A stretch of 64,000 nt of DNA. Source: Basidiobolus meristosporus CBS 931.73 (lineage: Eukaryota > Fungi > Basidiobolomycota). The DNA is taken from positions 124,001 to 188,000 of the forward strand of contig MCFE01000040.1 in NCBI GenBank assembly GCA_002104905.1, written 5' to 3'. The notes under the pieces are model-generated. The model was not told the DNA's origin. It did no database searches and saw only the letters and a program-made list of their open reading frames with translations. Positions within the stretch are counted from its first letter, which is position 1; the number at the start of each line of letters is the position of its first letter. Positions 12,275 through 23,503 of this stretch are shown one piece after another. Position numbers and translations under genes: made by a program.

Positions 12275-14228
12275 ATGTCACTTAGACTTTTCAGACACAT
12301 TACCAAGGTTGCCTCTAACAACGCCTCGTTGAGAAGCTATCAACCTGTACGTTGTATGGCGTCCAAAAGCTCCTGTATGTATCTGCAGCCTCTCTTCTCT
12401 CCAGCCCACGCTGACCTGTTCCCTCCACAGCTTTTGCCAAGTATGACTGGACAGATCCATTGAATCTTGAATCTCTACTCACAGAAGAAGAGCAAATCGT
12501 ACGGTTGGTGTCTCCAGATAACCTTTCCCTATGCCAACAATAGTTTGACCAACTTCTTGCACAGTGACTCCGCCCACTCATATTGCCAAAGCAAACTCAT
12601 GCCAAGAGTGTTAGAAGCGAACCGGAACGAGAGTACGTATCCAAGGCAAATACCTTGCGTATATACAGCATGTAGCTAACAACCATTGAAGATTTCGACA
12701 AGAACATCATGCAAGAGCTTGGAGAGATGGGTATGTTGGGAGCCACTATTGAAGGGTATGGGTGTGCTGGCACCTCATCTGTTGCCTACGGACTTATTGC
12801 ACATGAAGTCGAAAAGTGAGTCTGTTTGCCCCGTTGTCTGCACTGTAGCGAGCTTTACTGACCTAAAACCTCGCTATATAGAGTGGATAGCGGCTATCGT
12901 AGCGCCATGAGTGTCCAGTCCTCGCTTGTTATGCACCCTATCTACGCCTACGGTACTGACGAGCAAAAAGAAAAGTACCTGCCGTCGCTAGGTACAATCT
13001 GATTCAATTTCAAAGTCTATTGTCATGATTCCAACCCTTTTGGTTGTACAGCCCAAGGAAAAACCATCGGTTGCTTCGGTCTCACTGAGCCCAATCATGG
13101 AAGCGACCCTGCAGGCATGGAGACGGTTGCGCGTAAAGAAGGCGGAAAGTATATCTTGAACGGTTCCAAAACCTGGATTACCAATTCTCCCATCGCAGAC
13201 GTGTTTATCATTTGGGCCAAGAACCTTGAAGAAAATGGAGCCATCCGTGGCTTCATTTTGGAGAAGGTACGTTCTTCATAGAAATGTGTGGAATCTCCAT
13301 TTATTAACGGCTATTCCTCAGGGCATGACCGGATTATCAGCACCTGCTATCAAGGGCAAATTCTCCCTCAGAGCCTCCATCACCGGCATGATCATGATGG
13401 AAGACGTGGAAGTCCCCGTCGAAAATATGCTTCCCAATGTCAAGGGGCTCAAGGTAGCCTTTTACATCCCAATGGTTTAGAATTGCGCGAAAACTCTGTT
13501 ATTAACCTTCAAACAGGGACCATTCGGCTGTCTCAATAATGCTAGATACGGAATTGCCTGGGGTGCTTTAGGAGCCGCTCAATTTTGTCTGGGCCAAGCA
13601 AGAGAATATACTCTTGAAAGGTAAGCAACGCTGGACCCTCTGATGTACAGGAGTAACAATTTATTAACCCTTGTTTAATGGGTTATAGAAAGCAATTTGG
13701 AGTGCCATTGGCTCGATTCCAACTGATTCAGAAGAAAATGGCAGATGCCAATACTGAAGTAAATATGAGCCCTCTTACCTGGTCTGATACCAGATGATTT
13801 AGCTAATACCTTGAATCAGATTGCCCTCGGACTTCAAGCTTGCCTCCAAGTCGGCCGCCTCAAGGATGCAGGCAAAGTTGCCCCAGAAATGATCTCACTC
13901 ATCAAACGCAACTCGTGTGGCAAGGCTTTGCAAATTGCTCGTGATGCCCGCGACATGCTTGGAGGTATTTACATTTCGCCGAATACTCACAACCGGATGC
14001 ATTTTAAGAATCGTCTTTGCAGGTAACGGCATTAGCGATGAGTACCACATCATCCGTCACGTAATGAACCTGGAGGCAGTAAATACTTACGAAGGTAAGT
14101 GAGGATTATTTTGCATGGATACGGCTATCTGTATAACTCAAATACTCCTTATAGGCACTCATGATGTTCATGCCTTGATTCTTGGTCGGGCTATCACTGG
14201 CATCCCTTCATTTGATGTTAAATCATAA
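12275..14228 (+). CDS. GCDH: Glutaryl-CoA dehydrogenase, mitochondrial, multi-exon
   Basis: Arg/Ser-rich presequence [14 protein letters not shown]; spliced motifs [83 protein letters not shown]; TAA at 14226-14228. Confidence 0.96.
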
Positions 14229-14449
14229 ACACTGCATCTCCACACAGATACCAGATTCAATGTTACCTTTACACAACACTATGTAAAAATTACCTGAAGA
14301 TTGATATTTCAACTCTAGTATAGCAATCAACTCTGGTTTGAATAAACACTATATGTATCTATGTACCGCATCTGCCAACCCTTCGGAATCGTGCAAGCTG
14401 CAAAACTGCAGAGCCTGTCAACATACAAAACACGTAGGTTCGACCTCTG

Positions 14450-15350
14450 TGTACCTGTGGAATACCACCTCACCCTGGTGGCACTGAATTTTTGATTAAG
14501 CGGTCGCTCAATCACCAAGTCCAAACCTCCACCTGATCGGATTCCATGGCTTTGATGATGCACTCACATGAATACACCAAATTAAATATTCCCCGCAAAC
14601 CGATCGTTTTAAGCCTAGCAGGTGCTGAAACATAGGCTGTGATGTCAGCAGATGAATATTCTAAGAGCCCCATTACATACTTCACACCATTTCTTGATAT
14701 ATATCCCCACATGTCACAAAAGAACCCAAGAATGTCTAGTTACGGGATCAGTCACGTGCCTGGAAAGTGGAAGATCCATGCAATCTGTGCATAAATCTGT
14801 CTACGAGATAACCCTTTTTCCGGTATAACATAGGCAATCTGATAACAATTAGAATGGTCCAGATAAATATGGTGTATTGCTTCCAGCAAAGAGTACACAT
14901 ATACCGACTTGAGCAGGCTTCGGAAAAACCACAAGAGGGTACCTTGGGCATTTGAGAAACTTCTTTTCAGTAGATTTTCTAAATTATGTAGAACGGGCTT
15001 GAACCCCCGGTTTCCGATCAGTGGTTTATCATAGTCATGAACTAGACATGTACCAATCATTCTCGGCGGAAAAAGATGGACGCGTCCACTGGATATTACG
15101 AATTCGTGAGAGGAATGGATGGTTCGAAGCGACCAAAGCATCCTACTCGACATCGCCCAAGCCGGGGCATGTATATATTCCATACGTAATGCTGTGAATC
15201 CTGTCGAGGTTGGCTTTGGTACAGTCCAACGCAATATGTTCACCAATCGCCTCTGCACCATCTCGAGGTCTCTTCACAGGTGCACATACTCAACTCTTGA
15301 GCAACTCCTGCTCTTGATGAAAATGAAACAGGACCTGTAAAGCCACTCCA
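14450..15350 (-). pseudogene. Decayed coding relic, possibly a Crinkler/FunK-type nuclease(-kinase) fragment
   Basis: Frame-shifted, stop-interrupted fragments HPFLSRIRNIQWTRPSFSAENDW, CYQIAYVIPEK and MWGYISRNGVKYVMGLL. The last resembles the QxYGYMxxNxxKYGxL motif; similarity was judged by eye only. Confidence 0.3.
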
Positions 15351-16666
15351 TAGAAATATATAGGAGGTATTATCAATCATCGCATTTTGATACCAAGATG
15401 TAATCTAAATGATATCAAGATCGTATGGCCATTTCCATGCATTCTTAAAGTAAGCAATGTGTAAACATGACCAAAAATACATAATATTCGCCATCAGTTA
15501 ATATACCCTATCAAGATGCTTTAGGTTCCTAATCCAGTCATCCTGGGTGATGTGTTTGTATCATGTATCTGGAAGCATTAATCGGTAGTCGTACCAATTC
15601 GTCTAGGCCATTGACCTAAGCCGAAGAACACATCTCAAACACAAAATGTGGCTTGCTCAGAGAACTCGAACAAGGGTAAATCTTCCGTGTTACGAATGCA
15701 GCACCCTAATGAATTATCGGCAAAAAACCGAATGCACCCGCCGTATTTAGCCATCAGAGGTGTACTCACAGAGTAGACATGCATTCTTGATTTCTCGCAC
15801 CCACTGAACAACCACCTTGCAGATAGTGTACGCTCATTCACCCCTCCCATGATACTGGTTAATGCAGCAAATCCCAAGAACCATCATTCCAGGGAATAAC
15901 AACTGATCTTGACTAATTGGACAATGCACACTGTTTTTGGATGGCACTCTAACCTTAAGCTAGAGTGTTACTTGTAGATCGGGACGATAATCAATAAGAT
16001 ATCTATTGATCAGGATCTGCTGGGAAGAGTGGTAGAGTGGATCCATGGTCGTTCCGACAAATACGTCATTCATCGTTCATGGAGCAAATTGGTCAGTTTA
16101 GTTTAATTGATTCATACTCTTAAGGACAGGTCACCTCTTTCGTACCCCAGATGTGCAGTGGAGATTTGCTCATCGGCAACATTTCAATCCAATCTAGGGA
16201 GTTTATCCGGCATTCCTGATACAAGCGGCTTTTTCCCAAAACTGGAGATGATTATGTGAGGACTATCCTTAGGCACTATCTGGGATGTTCAGTATAGAAT
16301 AGTTCGCCCAGGAGTGATGTGAAATCGATTACAAATCCAGCAGTCCGCAGCCTCTCGGGTAATTTTCCCTTCTCCGGACACGAGTATAGTAACTTCGCTG
16401 TAGAGGGAGGAGGAAATGATCATCTTTACCCAAAGAGTCGAGTTTATTAGTAACAAAATGACTATACGAATGGGCAATATATTGGCCATTGAGAAGTGAT
16501 TACAACAGGGATTTGAAAGATATGGCTTTGGCGGTATGATATGGTACGAAAGAAACGGGCTAGTGATTATAACTTACAAATGGATTATCTCCGCACGTGC
16601 AACCATACGGCACTAACATGATTATACGGGATTCTACGGTGTCTGCTGAATGCTGGCCAGATGCCT

Positions 16667-17650
16667 CTAGTAGCTAGACGCCGATACGATGTATCCCTTA
16701 TTGACAATAATTCCACGGTTGCGTATAACCGAGGAATACTTTAGAACCCATCTTGGAGTGAGCTTGGCCTCCTCAACGGAAGAGACAATTCCATATTTGG
16801 CCAATAATGCGCTGAATCTTTCAGCGGGAAGTATGTCGGCGGAGTCGTGATGTGTCAGCAACTTGATGTTGTTAGTGGCTGCATAATCGAACACATCATC
16901 CGAAATAATACTGCTGTTGGGATCCATATGATTGATCTGAGGGGGAATCTGCACCTTCTTTGACAAGCTGGAGAGCTGACTGGGGGTGAACTCGTTAACA
17001 CCAAGGAATTGGATCACGCCCTCCCTGTGAAAATGCTCGATCTCATTCCAAGCAGGAATAATATCGTTCATGTCTTCCTGAAGGCTGTTTTCGGGAACTG
17101 ATAGAACATAATCGTGGACATGGTCCACCCCCAGGTGACGCTTGATGTGCTCCAGAGATTCGGAAACATACGATGCTGGGAGGTGCGATGTACCATTGAG
17201 CTCAGGCAGGTAGAAGAGTTTGACTGCAGGATAATCGGTTAGACTTGATTGAAATCAAATAGCGAGCGGGCATAAGCTTACCAGAAACATCGAGCTCGTC
17301 TAAATCCTCGTCGTCGAGCTGGGACATACGACGGGTATCAGGAATTTCCAGATATTCATCTTCAGGAATATAAAAGCATGACCCTTGTTCCCGAAGAAAC
17401 ACCTTCAGAGTTTCATCCAGGGAAGATATAAGCTTCAAAAACGTTAACTTAGGCCCATGTAATGACCAGAATGTAATTAAGCTGTTACCTCATCTTGAGA
17501 CCTACGCAATGCGCTATTGCGGATACCGGAAGCCCCGGCGTTCATCAAGTTTCCAGAGTATAACAAACATTTCTTGATAGGACATACAGGAGCAGCCTTG
17601 GTACGGCTAGTACGGCTCTCAGAATAGTTCAAGGAGGCGGTGGTCAACAT
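16667..17650 (-). CDS. GCLM: Glutamate-cysteine ligase modifier (regulatory) subunit-like, aldo-keto-reductase fold, 3 exons
   Basis: N-terminal CLLYSGNLMN; VKLFY after intron 2; WNEIEHFHREGVIQFLGVNEF, PQINH, LLTHHDSADILP; C-terminal PRWVLKYSSVIRNRGIIVNKGYIV, as in GCLM. Confidence 0.8.
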
Positions 17651-19613
17651 AATATATTTACAAATGTGATAAGTGAAACTTCAATATGGTATGTGTGTTT
17701 CCGAGGGTGATTGGGTTACGGAAATAGTAAAGACAGAGAGAGTGTGAGAGAGCGTATGGAAGCGGAGGGTCTCACAACTTGGTTTAAATAGTGCCGGAAT
17801 GGTTTGAACGCAACATTATGAGCAAGCATTATATATCCTGGATGAAACGCATATCCACGGATACTTGCTAGGAAAAAAGGAAAATCTCACTGGAGCAAAA
17901 AAAATCTTCGAAAACAGTATGTGGAAGAAATGATTAGTAATGATCGATTATGCACCCGCTGATTGGTTGTCCCACATAGGGAATGATTATTTATTGAATC
18001 ATTACTTTAAGTGTAGTTAGCCAAAAAAGGGCCATCTCTGATTTAATCAAAGTTGGAATAGATGTTTATGACAGTGTAGTTGACGTCGTGATCTTATCTT
18101 TAGCATCGCGACCAATCATGCGAGTAGCCATGGCGAATTCAGGTATGGATCCTGAGTCCTGGCAAATGGTGGTCTTGGTCGCGATTGTCAATTCATTCGG
18201 TTTCATGTATAGCAAACACATGCGCCTGTAAACACAATTAGAGGGCTACCATACTTTGAAAAGTTGTTTCGCACCAGCATGTGTTATTGTCGGGGAGCAG
18301 TTTATTCATGGCGGCGCCCCTCCCATTGACGGCATTACGACATCGATGAGGTTGATATATTCATATGAATGTGGATTCTGAGCACTGGTTGCGGTTTTAT
18401 TTATCAGGTAATTTACGTTCTTGAGATGCTCCCGTGCATCTCCCTTCATATGACAGTGCCTAGATTCAGCATTAGCGATTGTTTATCCAAAGCCATGATA
18501 TTGCGACATCTCGTTAGCTGCACAGAAGCATCCCTTACGCTTGGTATTATTAATCAGGTTCTCATATGATATACAAAAGTGTATATGTTAAATCCAGATC
18601 GAGTGTAACTGGAAATTTCACTTAAACAGCTAGTTTTGAGCTATGACAGGACTTGAAAAGCCAGATTTAGCTAATCATTCTTTCGGCGTGGATGCAACGA
18701 GATAACATTATGCTTGTTCTATTTTTAGTCAATCTTAGATACCATCTTATTTCATTCTCCGATTGTGACGTGCAGCATCAAAGTCAAGGTTTCATCTATT
18801 GCATTGTAGCATGAAATTGTGGATACAATCCAAGACCCGAAACAAGCCAGAGTCTTTCTTATTTCCAGCTTTTATAATGTCCAGAAACGAAGTTGTTTGG
18901 CTTGTATTCCAAACCCATTGGTTTCGATATTGGCTCGTGTGCTATCCTTTGATCCGTGATGATTGAAATACTGCAGCTTTTGCCAGTTGGCTGGTGTCAT
19001 TAAGGAATGCATTAGTCCTGGTGCTGAGTGTTCGGCCACTTCGTCGGTTTCTGAAAACTGGATACCCTCATATTTAAATTACGCTTGGCTAGAACAGGGT
19101 GTTCATACCATGCAGATGCTTGTATGCTGAGAGGCTGTCACCTGAAAATTATCAAGACTAATGAAATCTAATAGTCCATCAAGGTGTGTGGTCACTAAAT
19201 GGGATCTTTTTCCACGCCTACTTATATTGATATGATAATTGCTCTATTTTTGAAAGAAAGCTGGGAGGTTAATGGTTTTCGTGATTCTTGCTCATATCCC
19301 ATCATCCATTTTTCGCAACATAAATCAGGAACTTTAAAATATTCAAGAGACCTTGGGTGCTCTGCTTTCAGATGTGATTTTCCTTTGTCCGGATTTAGTT
19401 TAGCACGTACGCGGTCTATTGGACGTGTTACAGTCATGACTACCGCGCTTATTAACCAAGTGTATATGGCATGCGATAATAATCATGTTCATTCATCAGC
19501 TTCCTTAGAGGTAAAATTCGATTGAACAATCGAAATAAAAACCATTGGTAATTAATTACTCGCATGTTGGTAGATGTCAACTCGCGTCGACAGCTAATCA
19601 ACCTCCTTTCCTT

Positions 19614-19623
19614 GTCACGTGAT
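19614..19623. promoter_or_regulatory. E-box palindrome GTCACGTGAT about 240 bp upstream of RGP1
   Basis: Matches the RTCACGTGAY bHLH-Zip (Cbf1/USF-type) consensus; function untested. Confidence 0.3.
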
Positions 19624-19861
19624 AATATTCTATGTCCAAGTTGTACTGCAGTTAAGAGCGGGGTATTAAAATTAGTTAACACATTGCATTGTCAAAATAT
19701 CGTTTTTGACTCTATTCCTGGTCTACCTAAGAATTACATAGTGAATAGCTTCACTTTTAAAGCTTTAACCTGTACAATATCCAAGTCACCCTCACTCTGT
19801 GTTTTGAGTTTTTCGTTATCGTTTCCTCTCTCAATTACGTCATATAAGTTGATTCAGCGCG

Positions 19862-22433
19862 ATGGGCATCTTGGTTCAAGCATCACTTGCCCAAGATGCT
19901 GTTTTCTTTGCTGGGGATAAAATATCTTGTACCATAACCTTTTATCATCAACCGTCAAACGCAGCACATCCTTTGTCTAAATCCGTCAACGCCGGCGAGT
20001 GCTCCTTTGATGATTCCGCCACGGATCTAGAGAGTATACCTGAAAGTGGAAGATCAAGCCTAGACTCGATATACACGCAACAATCTATGGATTCCCTAGA
20101 TAGCCGCTTTACTAATCTGTTTATCGCTCCAAATTTTTCGGGTTATGGGAATAAGCATCAGGCCGATTTTTTCAATAACTCCCCGGTTGCTAATAAGAAT
20201 CCAGAACATCGACTTTATCAAGATCCTGAAGATGCGAGCTTGTTCAATTTGAAGTTTGTGCGGAGAAAAACCGCCTCGTTGTCTTCTTGGTTCAGCTTCT
20301 CTGGTTCTTCGGATACCTCGAATTCGAGAAAAGCTCCGGTAAACTTAGGTAAGGTGGAATATCTTTCTTATTAGTTTATTGCGCTATTAAGAAGTCGGTG
20401 CTTCTAAGACTTCGTAGCCGATCTCGCTATTTTCATTTGCTTTTTCTCACTAATTGATATGCTGATATGAAGATGGTGTTAAATCATCTGTTTCAAACGG
20501 ATACGGAAACCTACAACGCACCCAATCCTCAGACGGCCTGACGGCGCCTTTAAGTAATGAACTTATTTTTAGCTGACACGTGCGAGGTTGTTGCACTCTA
20601 ACCCGATTCATCACACAACAGGCCCGAAATCAGCATCTATGGCTAGGTCATCCTCATCTCCATGCGCTAGCTTTAAAACAGAATACCTGATGTGGGGGTT
20701 TGCCCAAGTCGTGGGGCATTTTGTCATTAATGGAAGCATCATAAAGTTTGATGAGTTCGAATCCCTCAAATCCAAAACCATGTATCGCTCTGCCAACGGT
20801 ATAGGGTCTGGAGGAAGTGTGGGAGGCGGAATTATTGGAGTTCCAACTGCTGGCGGAACGACATCCTCCGTAGCCGAGCTTCAGAAAGGAGGTTAGTGTG
20901 TTGAATTGGCCTGAAGTACTCTTATAGTCGGAGAAGATCCAAACTCAACTATGCGATTTTATGAAGATGGAAAAATGTTGCCAGTCCTTTCAACTCCTCC
21001 ATCCATTCTATTCTGCGATCTTGAGTTAGCGCCTGGGGAATCCAAGTCTTGTAAGTTTTGCACCATCACGGGATTCGCGTCTTTCGCTATTTAGACTTGC
21101 TAATGAGCTATGCGGTAAATTAGATACTTTCGATTTTACGTTGCCTGTTGTTTTACCCCCTTCTCATCGAGGTAAAGCAATTCGCGTATCGTACAATTTT
21201 TTGTTGGGCGCCCAAAGGGGCGGCCATCATTCTAGAGCACAGATTGTTCAAATGCCATTTAGAGTTTTCTCCAAGTTAAATTGTAAGCCTTACATGAGAT
21301 CATTTATATTGGACACACATGCCAACAGTTCCTCTCGTAGCAACCGGGTTCCCCAGCCCCTACGATCTCATGAGCCCAACAATCATAAACAAGGACGAGG
21401 CCACCGTTGACTGTGCACGAAAGGATACTGCTGAAGAGCAAAAGAAAGTGAACAAAGGTTGGCTATATGTTGTCGTTTCTTTCGGACCATTAGCTGTGTT
21501 TTATTGACGTGGTTGAAATAGATGTACCTACGGATGCTATCATTGATAAGATCTTTTCGTTGTCCTCAGCCGACTCTGCACACACTTCGGAAGAATCTGC
21601 GAGCATCTCCTCTCTTTCAGCCACCAACGAAGCGAAAAACATTCCTGACCAAGGGAAATCTCTTGAAATTGCCTCTTCGGTTTGTCAGAAGTTCAGTAAA
21701 GGTATTCTACGCGATAGATTTGTTCGACTTGTGAGTAATTGTATTGTCTGACTGTTTGTACAGTGACATTCAATATCAGCAAAGGAGACGAGCCACTTGC
21801 ACAGTTTAGTATGATGAAGACAGCATTTCAGCTTGGTGACGTAGTTACTGGTACCTTGATGTTCACAAATACATTCGAACGTTGCTACCAGGTAGGTCGG
21901 CATTCTTCTTGAAGAACCGGGTGTGGCGAGCTAACATCCCCACCAAATCCATTCCAAGGTTTCTGTTACTCTGGAATCAATGGAGGTGGTAGAAACCCCT
22001 TTCGCCAACAAATCCCCAAAGCAGATCGAAACGAATACAAGAAAAATCCATGCCGAGCATCATGAATTCTGCCTCAATACGCTTCGCACCAACATCATGT
22101 TGAGTATTCCGCCGTATTGCACACCTGGCTTTAAAACATCAGCTGGTAACATATTCACTTCAACCTTTGATCCGCCAAGGCGGCCGGCCGTGTTAACCAC
22201 TCCTCATTCATTTAGTATCGCTGGAATGGTATTTGAGAATCAAGTTGATCATCGGTGTCAATGAGAGACTTCCCATGCGACCAACTCACTACGACGTTAA
22301 TCACACGCATATCAAGGCGATTGATTATGCCGACTCGGAAACGTTTGATTGTCGAGTTCCGATTCAAATATACCCAGTGAGCTATGGCTCGGCTCGGATT
22401 TACAATCATGTTCAAATATTTCCAATCTCTTAA
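19862..22433 (+). CDS. RGP1: Rgp1 (Ric1-Rgp1 Rab6/Ypt6 GEF subunit), multi-exon
   Basis: N-terminal VFFAGDKISCTITF; EYLMWGFAQVVGHFVINGSII; STPPSILFCDLELAPGESKS; LPPSHRGKAIRVSYNFLLGAQR; LSIPPYCTPGFKT; ETFDCRVPIQIYP. Confidence 0.88.
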
Positions 22434-22827
22434 AGGAACATGAACGAATTTTGAAAGTCAAGAAGACTTCGTGTATATTTTCTTCGTCTTCAACCACATT
22501 AAAATAATGTATTAATCGGTAGACTTCATTCTACGCTTATTCTATCCGCTCAGATGTTTTGTCCGCACGGGCGCTTTTACAGGCTGCATGCTAATACACT
22601 ATCACCACCCACCTCTTGCTTCCAGCTGCCCTTACCGAGTCATTGGCTCGTTGTCCAATAGGGAGGAATAAATCTTAACATAGAGAAACATTTCTGCACT
22701 TGACGGGCACATGGTGAGCATATAGGGTGTGGTGCCCAGAGGTTCAATAGATTGAGGTCTGCCAGTTTAAAGCAGCTTTTATTGAATGCCGTTTATAAGA
22801 TGAAAAATTGATGAAACAAATAAGCCT

Positions 22828-23268
22828 TTAAATAGAGGACTTGGCCAAAGTAGTCTTGGACTTTGGCTTCTTGGCCATACCGTCGACCTTGGGAGGAAGC
22901 AACTTCCAGGTACTGGGGTTCTTTGTCCAACCCTTGCGTTGAAGCAAAATCTCCAAATCACGCTTCATGGCAATACCGAACTCACTGTACAATTTATCGT
23001 CACGAGTACTCAGCAAATACCGGTCAAGTCCGCCCTTTTTGTCAATTGTACGGAGGGCAGAGGCAGTGACCTTGATCTTGAACATTTTATCGTGTAGCTG
23101 AGAGTATAGCTGCTTCTCTTGGACGTTGGGCAACCAACGGCGACGGGTTTTGTGGTTGGACTCGGGCTTGTTGTTACCGAATTGAATCTTCTTCCCGTTG
23201 AAGAGACCACGTTGAGCACGCTTGAAGGTATCCTTGCAGGCGTTGAGCATCGGTTCGGTTAGGAACAT
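22828..23268 (-). CDS. MRPL28: Mitochondrial ribosomal protein bL28m (yeast Mrpl24-like)
   Basis: KRAQRGLFNGKKIQFGNN...KTRRRWLPNVQEKQLYS...ALRTIDKKGGLDRYLL; single exon. Confidence 0.95.
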   Translation of the reverse strand: MFLTEPMLNACKDTFKRAQRGLFNGKKIQFGNNKPESNHKTRRRWLPNVQEKQLYSQLHDKMFKIKVTASALRTIDKKGGLDRYLLSTRDDKLYSEFGIAMKRDLEILLQRKGWTKNPSTWKLLPPKVDGMAKKPKSKTTLAKSSI

Positions 23269-23493
23269 GTTTTCTTTCGAATTTCTATGTGACTCGGTGA
23301 AGTGAAAGGAGTACTGGAGGTAAAGCTCTGATAGTTAGCTATGGACTTGCTACGTTGGAGCTAGAAACACAAAGTTCAAGGTAAACTCACTCGAAATGCA
23401 CCTTTCTACTGCAAATCTTTCACCGCTCACTTTCAATCTATCTGTCAATTTTTTCCACCCATTATTCAAAAATTGATCAAGCCGGGGGGTTAT

Positions 23494-23503
23494 ATCACGT
23501 GAC
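23494..23503. promoter_or_regulatory. E-box palindrome ATCACGTGAC about 225 bp upstream of MRPL28
   Basis: Exact reverse complement of the motif at 19614-19623. Confidence 0.3.

Noticed and set aside
19020-19150. GTGCTGAG...ATACCC resembling part of a TPP riboswitch
   Set aside because: The downstream CTGAT/TAAT/GCGxAGGGA core is missing and no thiamine gene is adjacent.
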